A stretch of 64,000 nt of DNA from Salinibacter ruber DSM 13855 (GTDB taxonomy: Bacteria; Bacteroidota; Rhodothermia; Rhodothermales; Salinibacteraceae). The notes below the pieces were generated by a model, which worked only from the letters and a program-made list of their open reading frames with translations, was not told the origin of the DNA and did no database searches. The translations under genes were made by a program, and so were the position numbers. Positions within the stretch are counted from its first letter, which is position 1. Every line of letters starts with the position of its first letter. Below, in pieces: positions 38,358 through 47,321 of the stretch. The DNA lies in NCBI RefSeq assembly GCF_000013045.1, contig NC_007677.1, positions 3,096,203 to 3,160,202 of the forward strand. Direction: 5' to 3'.

Positions 38358-39641
38358 ATGCCGATCCGACGCTCGCTGACGATCGCCCTTTTCCTCCTCT
38401 TTCCGGCCCTTGGCTCTGGATGCCAGTCGACAGCGCCGTCCACCTCCTCGCCCTCGGCAACGGAGGACGCCCCGGCGCCCCTGATCGTGATTTCCATCGA
38501 CGGCCTCCGCTGGGACTACCTCGACCGGCACGAGGCGCCGGCCCTGTCGCGGATCGCCGAGGATGGGGCCCACGTCGATCACCTCACGCCGGTCTTTCCC
38601 ACCAAGACCTTTCCCAACCACTACAGCGCGGTCACGGGCCTCTACCCGTCCCGCCATGGCATCATCGCAAACACGATGTACGACCCGGCGATGGACGCCT
38701 CGTTCAGCCTCAGCGACCGGGAGGCCGTGATGAACCCGGACTGGTGGGGCGGCGAGCCGATCTGGGTCACCGCCGAGCAGCAGGGGCGCACCGCGGCCAC
38801 GTACTTCTGGCCCGGCTCCGAGGCGCCTGTCCGGGGCACGCGGCCCACCGAGTGGTTTGAGTACGACGGCAGCGTGCCCGGCACCACGCGCGTCGACCAG
38901 GCCCTGCAGTGGCTCGATCGCCCGGCGGACACGCGCCCCGACCTCATCACGCTCTACTTCAGCCGCGTCGACACGAAGGGACACAGGCACGGCCCGCGCT
39001 CCGACTCGGTCGCCACGGCCCTGCGGGAGGTCGACGGCTTCATCCAGCGCCTCCTCGACGGCCTCGCTGCGCGGGGCCTCGCGGACGCGGTCAACGTGAT
39101 GGTGACCGGCGACCACGGCATGAGCCCCACGTCCCGCGACCGCACCATCGTGCTCGACGATTACATCGACCCCGACGACGTGCGGCTCACCGCCCGCAAC
39201 CCGGTGGCCATGATGGAGCCCCGGCCCGGCATACCGGCCGACTCGGTGGTGACGGCGCTCGACCAAGCCCCTCACCTGTCGGCGTACCGGCGCGGCACGC
39301 TGCCGGACACGCTCCACTTCGAGGGCCACCGCCGCATTCCATCCGTGATCGCCGTGGCCGACGACCGGTGGAGCATCCGGACGCAGGCGTGGATGGACGA
39401 GAACCCGGACTGGACCGGCGGCGGCACGCACGGCTACGACCCTCGATCCGAGAACATGCATACGCTGCTCGCCGCCCGCGGGCCTGGATTTCGGCGCAAC
39501 ACGACAGTCGATCAACTGTCCCTGCTCCACCTCTACGAGCTGATGAGCGCACTGCTCGACGTGGAGCCCGCCCCCAACGACGGGCGCCTGGAGGCGGCCC
39601 GGCCGCTCCTGCTGCCGGCGTCCGCCCGGACGGCGGAGTAG
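38358..39641 (+). CDS. Ectonucleotide pyrophosphatase/phosphodiesterase family (alkaline-phosphatase superfamily, type I phosphodiesterase)
   Basis: Catalytic-site block ISIDGLRWDY...VFPTKTFPNHYSAVTGLYPSRHGIIANTMYD is the NPP signature with the Thr nucleophile. Signal peptide plus lipobox (ALGSGC). ATG at 38358. Confidence 0.85.
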   Translation: MPIRRSLTIALFLLFPALGSGCQSTAPSTSSPSATEDAPAPLIVISIDGLRWDYLDRHEAPALSRIAEDGAHVDHLTPVFPTKTFPNHYSAVTGLYPSRHGIIANTMYDPAMDASFSLSDREAVMNPDWWGGEPIWVTAEQQGRTAATYFWPGSEAPVRGTRPTEWFEYDGSVPGTTRVDQALQWLDRPADTRPDLITLYFSRVDTKGHRHGPRSDSVATALREVDGFIQRLLDGLAARGLADAVNVMVTGDHGMSPTSRDRTIVLDDYIDPDDVRLTARNPVAMMEPRPGIPADSVVTALDQAPHLSAYRRGTLPDTLHFEGHRRIPSVIAVADDRWSIRTQAWMDENPDWTGGGTHGYDPRSENMHTLLAARGPGFRRNTTVDQLSLLHLYELMSALLDVEPAPNDGRLEAARPLLLPASARTAE

Positions 39642-39667
39642 CCCGGCGGCCGCCTCGGGGGCACGTC

Positions 39668-40324
39668 CTAGGCGGACACGGGCGATTCCTCGCCGAGGCG
39701 CACCACCTCGTCGGCGAGCGGGCGGAGCGCGTCTGTGAGGTGGCTGGCCACGACGGCAAGCCCGCCGTCCGCCACAAACTCGTCTACGAGGTCGACGGTG
39801 GCCTCGGTGGTGGCGGTGTCGAGGCTGCGGAGGGGCTCGTCCATGAGCACGACCGCCGGCTCGGCCACGAACGCAGCGGCCACCTGCGCCTTCTGCGTCA
39901 TGCCGCTGGAGTAGGTGCCGATCAGGTTCGCGCGGCGCTCGTCGAGCCGGAGGCGGTCGAGCACCGCCGCGATCCGGGCCGGGCCCTCGTCCTCCGTCCA
40001 GTGCCCCCGACTGCGCAGAATCCACTCCAGCAGCTCCACCGCCGTGAGGTGCTCCGGCAGCTCGGGCCCCGCGTGGACGAGGCCCACCCGCTGGAGGTAC
40101 CGGTACGGGTCGTCGTGCACGTCGATCTCGCCGTAGCGCACCGCCCCGTCCGTGGGGTAGGCCTGCACGGCCAGCAGGCGCAGGAGCGTGGTCTTCCCCG
40201 CGCCGTTGGGCCCCACGAGGAGCGTGAGCGTCCCCGGCTCAAACGACCGCGAGAGGTTCGACAGGACGGGCGGCCCGTCGCCGTACCGTTTGGACAGGGC
40301 GTCGAGGGCAAGCGTGTCGGCCAT
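39668..40324 (-). CDS. ABC transporter ATP-binding protein
   Basis: Walker A GPNGAGKTT, signature SSGMTQKAQVA, Walker B VVLMDEP. ATG at 40324 (MADTLALDAL). Confidence 0.85.
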   Translation of the reverse strand: MADTLALDALSKRYGDGPPVLSNLSRSFEPGTLTLLVGPNGAGKTTLLRLLAVQAYPTDGAVRYGEIDVHDDPYRYLQRVGLVHAGPELPEHLTAVELLEWILRSRGHWTEDEGPARIAAVLDRLRLDERRANLIGTYSSGMTQKAQVAAAFVAEPAVVLMDEPLRSLDTATTEATVDLVDEFVADGGLAVVASHLTDALRPLADEVVRLGEESPVSA

Positions 40325-40377
40325 AGCGCGAGTCGATGTGGAGAAAAAGGGGTGGGCAGTTGGGGCCGCGGTGCCGG

Positions 40378-41640
40378 CTACGCGGCGGAGCGCACCGATC
40401 CTTCCGTCGCGAGGGTGACGGCCGTGGCCGCCGCCGCCGAGAGCCCGACGTGGACGGCCGCCCAGGTCCCGACCCAGGCCCATCCGTAGGCGTCGCCAAA
40501 CAGCACCACGAGCGCGAGGCTGCCCATGTGCGGCCCGAACCAGCGCAGGTTGACGAACGTGCGGGTCCCGATCCAGTCGCCCACCGACTGCAGGGCGCGC
40601 TGAAAGGGGCGGGGGGCTGCCGAGGGGGTTCCCAGCACCGCACAGGCGGCGACCTGGCCGGTGAAGACCAGCGTTAGGTACCCGGTGATGAAGGCCGGCG
40701 CCCCCCCGCGGATGCAGAAGAGCCAGAGGCCCAGGTGGGCCACGGCCACGAGGCGGCCGAGGGGCAGGCGGCGGTCGAGCTGCCGGATGCTGGCCCAGGC
40801 GGCCGGGCGCCACCGTGCCGGCACCCAGTAGAGCGCGTCGTACGGCACCGGTTCGCGGTCGGTGGCCGCCACCGTGCCCCCGCCCAGCACCTCCGCGTAG
40901 AAGGCCGTGGTGTGGTAGAAATGTCGGTCGTACGCGGCCCGCGACCGCCACAGGCGCACGCCCGCCCAGCCCACGAGGAGCGCCCCGGGTGCCCACGCCA
41001 GCCCGTGCAGCCCGTTGGCCGCGGCCGCCGCGGTGGCCACCACGACGGCGACCCCCACCGCGAAGCACCGCGTGGTGGCGAAGAGGGCGGGCACCAGCCC
41101 CCGCGGGAGACTAATCCCCTGGCCCTGCTCCTCCACGGCCCGGGCGTACCACTGTCCCGCCCGCCCCTCATGCCAGGCCTGCGACCGGGCCCCAAGGGTG
41201 GCAAAGTGGACGAAGCTGTCCAGCGCGGTGCCCCCAATTAGGAGGAGCCCCTGCCCCAGGGCGACGGTCTTCACGCCGAGGTGCTGGAGGGGGCTGCCGG
41301 AATCCCCGTACGCCACCAGAACGGCCGGCACCGCCGCCAGCAGCACGAGCGGCCCCAGGCGGCGCGCCTGGTAGCGCAGGAGCCGCGGGGGCGACCAGTT
41401 CAGGCGCTGTAGCATCGAGACGTTCGGGTCCGGGAACAGCACGTTCGGCGGCGCCACGGCAAACACCCCCGCCCCCGCCAGCGCCCACAGCCGGAGCCCG
41501 GCGGCCCGCGCCCCGGGATCGGCCCCGGCGGCGAGCAGCAGGGCCGCCGCACTCAGCACCCCCAGGAGCAGTCCGTAGGCGAGCCGGGACGCCCCCCCGC
41601 GGACGTGACGAATCGGGGCCGGCAGGGAACGAGACAACAC
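40378..41640 (-). CDS. Polytopic membrane protein, probable permease partner of the ABC ATPase
   Basis: At least eight hydrophobic segments, ending 53 bp before the ATPase gene. Start uncertain (GTG at 41640). The upstream part of the 646-aa ORF is antisense to the sigma-factor gene and is not coding. Confidence 0.45.
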   Translation of the reverse strand: MLSRSLPAPIRHVRGGASRLAYGLLLGVLSAAALLLAAGADPGARAAGLRLWALAGAGVFAVAPPNVLFPDPNVSMLQRLNWSPPRLLRYQARRLGPLVLLAAVPAVLVAYGDSGSPLQHLGVKTVALGQGLLLIGGTALDSFVHFATLGARSQAWHEGRAGQWYARAVEEQGQGISLPRGLVPALFATTRCFAVGVAVVVATAAAAANGLHGLAWAPGALLVGWAGVRLWRSRAAYDRHFYHTTAFYAEVLGGGTVAATDREPVPYDALYWVPARWRPAAWASIRQLDRRLPLGRLVAVAHLGLWLFCIRGGAPAFITGYLTLVFTGQVAACAVLGTPSAAPRPFQRALQSVGDWIGTRTFVNLRWFGPHMGSLALVVLFGDAYGWAWVGTWAAVHVGLSAAAATAVTLATEGSVRSAA

Positions 41641-41838
41641 GAGGGGCGGGGCGATTTCGACAATTGGCGGTGAAAGCAACGTATTGCCGAGCGGGCCTTC
41701 CTGTCCATCCGCCCCCGGGAAAATCAGACCAAATGTGCCCGAATTGCCGTCCGTTCGTGTCCGCACTCGCCCTTGTGAAGTTTCCCCAAAACCAGGGATC
41801 CGGTTGTAAGATCGGGGCGCCTCGGGAGACTCATTATA

Positions 41839-42384
41839 ATGAACAAGTTTCGCGGATGCGCTACGGCCCGTGTCATGCCTGATCGGGACGACGAGTTTGT
41901 ACAGCTGGTGCGCGAGAACGACGTGCGTCTTCGCAAAATCTGCCGCGTATACGCGGACAATACGGAGGCGCAGCGCGACTTGTACCAGGACATTCTCGTG
42001 GAGCTCTGGCGGTCCTTCTCCTCGTTCGAGAGGGATGCTCAGCCAGGCACCTGGCTCTACCGCGTGGCCCTCAACACCGCCTTGAGCCACGACCGCTCTC
42101 GGGCGGTGCGGAACGAAGCAACGCTCGACGCCGACCATCCGGTATGGACGGACGGCGTGAGCCGCCCCGACAAGCGTCTCGATCGGGACGAGAAGCTTGA
42201 CCGGCTGTACGCAGCTATCGACCGTCTCGACGACGTCGACAAGGCACTCGTGATGATGTACCTCGACGAGAAGAGCTATCGGGAAATGGGCGATGTGCTC
42301 GGCCTCAGCGAGTCCCACGTCGGCGTAAAACTACACCGAGTCAAGAACAAATTGGCCTCCTGGCTGGAGGCCCCTCCAGCATGA
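41839..42384 (+). CDS. RNA polymerase sigma-70 factor, ECF subfamily
   Basis: Region 2 (DLYQDILVELWRSF) and region 4 HTH (KSYREMGDVLGLSESHVGVKLHRVKNKL). Confidence 0.85.
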   Translation: MNKFRGCATARVMPDRDDEFVQLVRENDVRLRKICRVYADNTEAQRDLYQDILVELWRSFSSFERDAQPGTWLYRVALNTALSHDRSRAVRNEATLDADHPVWTDGVSRPDKRLDRDEKLDRLYAAIDRLDDVDKALVMMYLDEKSYREMGDVLGLSESHVGVKLHRVKNKLASWLEAPPA

Positions 42385-42986
42385 ACCTCGACGACGCCAA
42401 AGAGCTCTGGACCTCCAAACAAGATTCCAACACCCCGCCCATGTCTGCACGCTCCCTGTCCGACGACGAACTGCTGCACTTTGTCAAAGAGAAGGCCGAG
42501 GCCTTCGACCGACGACTCTGGCGACGCGATCTTCTGGAATCGATCGCCGCCGTCGCGGTCTTCCTGTTCTTCGGCTGGATTCTGCTCCGGGATCCATCCT
42601 GGTGGACCCGCTCCGGCGCCCTTCTGCTCATGGCGGGAAGCGCGTACGTATTTTGGCGCCTGCGTCGGGCCCGCACCCGGTACGCGGCCCCCTCGGATCG
42701 CCCCGTAGCGGAGGTCCTCCGCACCGAACGGGCAAAGGTGGAAGAGCAAATTCAGTTGCTCGACACCGTTCTCTGGTGGTACCTTGCCCCGATTACACTG
42801 GGCGCCCTTCTCATCGTGGTTGGGAGTAATGGGTGGACCTGGAGTGCCCTCGTTCAGGCGGTCTTGGTGCTTCTCGTCACCGGGGCCCTCTACCTGTTCA
42901 ACCAACGGGGCCGGCGTTGCACCTACGAGCCGCGCCACGAGAAACTGACCCGCCTACTCGAACAGGTGGAGGAGAACACCCCCTGA
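42381..42986 (+). CDS. Putative membrane-bound anti-sigma factor
   Basis: Start overlaps the sigma gene's stop (ATGA). Short cytoplasmic N-terminus followed by four TM segments. Confidence 0.55.
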   Translation: MNLDDAKELWTSKQDSNTPPMSARSLSDDELLHFVKEKAEAFDRRLWRRDLLESIAAVAVFLFFGWILLRDPSWWTRSGALLLMAGSAYVFWRLRRARTRYAAPSDRPVAEVLRTERAKVEEQIQLLDTVLWWYLAPITLGALLIVVGSNGWTWSALVQAVLVLLVTGALYLFNQRGRRCTYEPRHEKLTRLLEQVEENTP

Positions 42987-43115
42987 CCGACAACGCCGGG
43001 CCTCTTGCCGTCGGGGCAGCACGGCCCCGCTGGGCCTTCCCGAAAACCTCTCCTCCGACACGCGTGTACACGCCACGGCACGTCACATTTTCCCGCACTG
43101 CCCGCTGCGCCCCTC

Positions 43116-44468
43116 ATGTCCACGCGTTCGCTCGCCGACGCCCTTTCGGAGCGCCTGCTCGACACGTTTCCGGCCGACCAGGCCTACACGAAGGCCGACT
43201 GGGCGACGGACGCGATGCCGGAGCCCCTCCGTCACTACCTGACCCACCTCCTGCGGCACCATCATCGGCGCGAGGCGCGCCAGCTGCGCCGGGCGCGGAC
43301 CGACTGGGTGGACTACGACCACCCGGAGATGGAACAGGCCACCCATTCGTTTCTCGACGCGACGGAGCAGCACATGCAGGTGCCCCGTGACCAGTGGACC
43401 GACACGCTCCGCACCGCCGCCCGCCGCACGACGAACTACCTCGTGCGTCCCGTCCCGACACTGCGCGCCTTTGTATTCGAGGACGCCGCCGGGGCGGTGC
43501 CGGTGCCCCAGGTGCAGTGGCGCATGCGCTTCTTCGGGCCGTACGCCTACCTTCGAAACGCCGTGCAGGCCTTCGCCGACAAGCAAGACCGGGACGCCTT
43601 CACCCCGGATGCCTTTGAGCGTGTCCTCCGGCGCGTCGACGAGCGCATGACGGCGGACTTCGACGCGGACCGCTGGCTCGACCTGCTCGATCCCCTCTTC
43701 GACACGGCCCGCTGTGCCACCGACCGCCCCCAGGTGCCCCTCCCGCTCCTGCGTACGTTCTTCGAGCAGAAGAACGCCGCCCCTCTCGTCGAACGCCTGA
43801 CCGCCCACGGCCGGACCGCAGACGCCGACGCCGTGGCCCCCGATACGCTGCGTCGACTGATCAACGCGGCCCCCGCCCAGAGCTCTTCCCCCGAAGTCCC
43901 CTCCGGAAAACGCGACGCCCCGGACGCCCCTCTGGACCCCGACCTCCACAAGCCGACCGACGAGGCCTCCGCCCCGCGGTCGAACTCCTCGTCGGAGGCC
44001 GCCCCCGAAGCCACACCGATGTGGAAGCAGTTCGAGCAGGACGCCAGCCGGCGCCGCACCGAGACCGACGCGTCCAACGATGACGCCCAGCCCCTCTGGG
44101 CCCAGTTCCAGCAGCGTCCCGCAGACGGATCCAGGCAGACGAACGCTTCCTCTCCCCCTACGGGTGCGGACTCGTCCTCTTCGTCGGGCGGGCGGTCGAC
44201 CGCCTCCGACCCCGACGACGCCCTGTCGGCCCTGGAACGGGAGGTGTTCGGGCCGTCGCACACGCCGAAGCGGGAGGTGTACGTAGACGCCCTCTTCGAC
44301 GGCGACCGGGACGCCTACCGCCGCGTGTTGAAGCGCCTGCGCACGGTGGACAGTTGGAGCGACGCCTCCCAGATCATTTCGGACGACGTATTTCGGCCCT
44401 ACCAGGTCAACATCTACAGCGACGCGGCGGTCCACTTCACCAATGCCATCGAGGCGACCTTTCGCTGA
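43116..44468 (+). CDS. Hypothetical protein (possible target of the upstream ECF sigma)
   Basis: No recognisable domain. Contains the internal repeat P[ML]W[KA]QF[EQ]Q twice within a Ser/Asp/Pro-rich disordered segment. ATG at 43116. Confidence 0.5.
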   Translation: MSTRSLADALSERLLDTFPADQAYTKADWATDAMPEPLRHYLTHLLRHHHRREARQLRRARTDWVDYDHPEMEQATHSFLDATEQHMQVPRDQWTDTLRTAARRTTNYLVRPVPTLRAFVFEDAAGAVPVPQVQWRMRFFGPYAYLRNAVQAFADKQDRDAFTPDAFERVLRRVDERMTADFDADRWLDLLDPLFDTARCATDRPQVPLPLLRTFFEQKNAAPLVERLTAHGRTADADAVAPDTLRRLINAAPAQSSSPEVPSGKRDAPDAPLDPDLHKPTDEASAPRSNSSSEAAPEATPMWKQFEQDASRRRTETDASNDDAQPLWAQFQQRPADGSRQTNASSPPTGADSSSSSGGRSTASDPDDALSALEREVFGPSHTPKREVYVDALFDGDRDAYRRVLKRLRTVDSWSDASQIISDDVFRPYQVNIYSDAAVHFTNAIEATFR

Positions 44469-44606
44469 GCCCCACAGGCGGGCCCGCAATCTTTCGCCCG
44501 CAATCCTTCGATGCGGCCCCCCTGCGATGCGGCCCCCTGTCTTCCTCGCTCTCTTCGCAAACCGGGGGCGGCCCCTGGGCCGCCGGTGGGCCCTGGCCCC
44601 CGACGC

Positions 44607-45233
44607 TCACGCCGTCTCCAGCCCGATGTGCCGAAGCACCTCGTCGGGACAGCCGGTCCACTCGGCCACAAACTGGTTGCCCTGATACTGCAGGTCCTCC
44701 ATTCCCATCTTTGAACTGAAAAACCCCGAGGCGGTCAGGTCGCGGAGGCTGTTGAAGAACTCGACGCCCGGCTGCATCTCCGGCGCGGCGGCCTCCGGCC
44801 ACGCGATGTCGTCGAGCAGCCCCTGCTGTTGGGCCTCGGTGCACTCGACGAACGGGGTGCCGTGCCGGTCGAGGCACGTGTAGTCGATCCACGCCAGCCC
44901 CCCGCGAAAGGCCGCCTGCTGCTCCTCGCGGTCGGGCAGCGCCTCGTCGGTCAGGATGTGGTCGATAAATTCCGGCACGCCCGCGTCGGTGGCACTGCCG
45001 GAACGGTCGTCCGCCGGGATGATCCAGTCGGTCAGCACGCGGACCGTCTCGAACTCGTGGTCGGTAAGGAGCTGACGGTCGTAGTCTTGCGGCGCCGGCC
45101 GGGTGGGGGCCTGTTCGGCCTGCTGCTCGCGGGCCCGCTGCACGTCTTCGGAGGAGCAGGCCACGCTAAAGGTGGGCGCGGCCGCCATCAGGCCCAGCAT
45201 CTTGAGGGCGTCTCGGCGGTTGAGGTCGCTCAT
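44607..45233 (-). CDS. Gluconate 2-dehydrogenase subunit 3-family protein (Tat-exported small subunit of a GMC oxidoreductase)
   Basis: Twin-arginine signal MSDLNRRDALKMLGLMAAAP. Family-typical WIIPADDRSGSATDAGVPEFID block. ATG at 45233. Confidence 0.75.
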   Translation of the reverse strand: MSDLNRRDALKMLGLMAAAPTFSVACSSEDVQRAREQQAEQAPTRPAPQDYDRQLLTDHEFETVRVLTDWIIPADDRSGSATDAGVPEFIDHILTDEALPDREEQQAAFRGGLAWIDYTCLDRHGTPFVECTEAQQQGLLDDIAWPEAAAPEMQPGVEFFNSLRDLTASGFFSSKMGMEDLQYQGNQFVAEWTGCPDEVLRHIGLETA

Positions 45234-45333
45234 GGAAGTCGGGGGAGGCGGTGAGGAAACGACGTGCGGACAGGAATGCTCAGGGTGAAGGGCGCGCGGC
45301 GGGCGCGCCCTCCCTCTCGGGGACGCAGGCGGC

Positions 45334-47067
45334 TCAGATGTTGCCCTTGTTGCGCTGGTCGATGATGTACTCGGAGGTGCGCATCGAGAGGGCAAGGATC
45401 GTCCACGTCGGATTCTTGTGCGGCATCGACGTGAACGGCCCGGCGTCGGCCACGAACAGGTTGTCCACGTCGTGGGCCTGGCACTGCGCGTTGAGCACCG
45501 AGGTGTCCGGGTCCGCCCCCATCCGGGTCACCCCTGCCTCGTGGATGATCTCGCCCGGCATGGTGATGCCATAGCCGTCTTCCTTGCTCGGCACCGAGCC
45601 GAGCGGCTCGGCCCCGGCCGATCGCAGAATCTCTCGCCCCTTCTCCTGCATGTGCTTGACCTGCAGGTACTCCTCCTCCCCCCAGGAGTGGTGGAAGCGC
45701 AGGACCGGAATGCCGTACTCGTCGCGGGCGTCCGGGTCGATCTCGCAGTAGTTGTCCCGGCGGGCAATCGACTCGCCCCGCCCGGACATCCCGACCGTTG
45801 CCCCGTAGAAGCGCCGGTAGTCGTTCTTGAGCTGCTGGCCATAGCCGCCCCCGCCCTTCTTCTTGGTTTCCTCGTCGCCGGGAAACATGGCGTTGAGGTT
45901 TTGGATGCCGCTGCCGAAGCCATAGCCCGGCATCCCGCGCCCGCCCCACAGCTCGAAGTGGTAGCCCCGTGGAAAGTCGAGGTCCTGGTCGTGGGCCCAC
46001 CACGGAATGTAGGAATGCATGCCCCCGACCCCGTCGCAGTTGTGGGCCGGCTGGTCCATCAGCTGCGGGGCCACGCCCATGATGGTCGACCCTGTCGAGT
46101 CCATCAGGTAGCGCCCCACCGCGCCGCTGGAGTTGGCCAGGCCGTTGGGGTGCTGGCGGGAGGTGGAGTTGAGCAGAAGACGGGCCGACTCGCACGCGCT
46201 GGCGGCCAGGACCACCACGTCGGCCTTCACCTTCTGCTCCCGCCGGCTCTGGGTGTCGACGTAGGAGACGCCAGTGGCCTGCCCCTCCTGGTCGGTGGTC
46301 ACCTCCCGTGCCATCGCGTGGGTGATCAGGGTCACGTTGCCGGTCTGGAGGGCCGGGTCCAGCAGCACCGGCGGCGCCGAGAAGTTCGAGTGCGTCGTGC
46401 AGCCCCGGTTGCACTGCGCGCAGTAGTGGCAGGGCGCCCGGCCGTTGTGCTGCTCGGTCAGGATCGAGAGGCGGGACGGGATGACCGGCACCCCAACGTC
46501 CTCGGCCCCGCTCTTGATGAACTTCTCGTAGCAGCGGGGCTCGGGGGGCTCCATAAAGATGCCATCGGGGGAGTTGTAAAATCCCTCCTCCGACCCGAAG
46601 AGGCCAATCAGCCGGTCGACCCGGTCGTAATAGGGCTTCAGGTCCTGGTAGTCGATGGGCCAGTTCTGTCCGTGGCCGTCGACGCTCCGCCCGTTGAAGT
46701 CGTCCGGCCCGAAACGGAGGGAGATGCGGCCCCAGTGGTGGGTGCGCCCGCCCAGCATCCGGGCCCGGAACCAGTTCCAGTTGGTGTCCTCGGCGGTCGT
46801 GTACGGCTCCCCCTCAATGTCCCATCCCCCAAGGCACGCGTCCATCTCCCCAAAGGGACGCGCCGTCGTCGAAGCCCCCCGGCGGGGCGAGGAGTAGTTC
46901 CAGTCAAACATCGCCCCGTCCTCCTCGACGCTCCACTCCGGGCCGGCCTCCAGGACCACGACGTTGGCCCCGGCCTCCGCCAGGACCTTCGCGGCCATGC
47001 TGCCCCCCGCGCCGGAGCCAACAATGCAGACATCGTAGGTGTCGGGGGTTTCCTGAACAAACGGCAT
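45334..47067 (-). CDS. GMC-family FAD-dependent oxidoreductase (large subunit)
   Basis: N-terminal FAD fold YDVCIVGSGAGGSMAAKVLAEAGANVVVLEAG and C-terminal GMC signature with catalytic His (VADAGPFTSMPHKNPTWTILAL). ATG at 47067. Confidence 0.85.
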   Translation of the reverse strand: MPFVQETPDTYDVCIVGSGAGGSMAAKVLAEAGANVVVLEAGPEWSVEEDGAMFDWNYSSPRRGASTTARPFGEMDACLGGWDIEGEPYTTAEDTNWNWFRARMLGGRTHHWGRISLRFGPDDFNGRSVDGHGQNWPIDYQDLKPYYDRVDRLIGLFGSEEGFYNSPDGIFMEPPEPRCYEKFIKSGAEDVGVPVIPSRLSILTEQHNGRAPCHYCAQCNRGCTTHSNFSAPPVLLDPALQTGNVTLITHAMAREVTTDQEGQATGVSYVDTQSRREQKVKADVVVLAASACESARLLLNSTSRQHPNGLANSSGAVGRYLMDSTGSTIMGVAPQLMDQPAHNCDGVGGMHSYIPWWAHDQDLDFPRGYHFELWGGRGMPGYGFGSGIQNLNAMFPGDEETKKKGGGGYGQQLKNDYRRFYGATVGMSGRGESIARRDNYCEIDPDARDEYGIPVLRFHHSWGEEEYLQVKHMQEKGREILRSAGAEPLGSVPSKEDGYGITMPGEIIHEAGVTRMGADPDTSVLNAQCQAHDVDNLFVADAGPFTSMPHKNPTWTILALSMRTSEYIIDQRNKGNI

Positions 47068-47321
47068 GCAGGCAAAAAGACGTAGGAAGAGCAATGCGCT
47101 TTGCAGAAAGTAATCACGGGGTGGATTCAGACGCAACCAAATATCCCGGCCCAGGGCGGCGTCTCAAAATTTGGAACCGGTTCCGGGCGTTGTGCAATCT
47201 GGAAGCGGTCCCGAACTTCTCTCGATATTGTTACGGCGGGTCTCGTCTTCTATCATACACGGTCCGAGCACTGCGTCTCACCGCGCGTTCCTCCCTCCTC
47301 GAACCACCGCCGCCCCGAGCC

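Noticed and set aside
38127-40025. 632-aa minus-strand ORF, plus the 38909..40489 plus-strand ORF
   Set aside because: Both overlap the well-supported NPP phosphodiesterase and ABC ATPase genes in other frames. They are Arg/Gly-rich and lack motifs.
45418-47085. 555-aa ORF on the + strand
   Set aside because: Antisense of the GMC oxidoreductase. No motifs. Arg/Val/Gly-rich.
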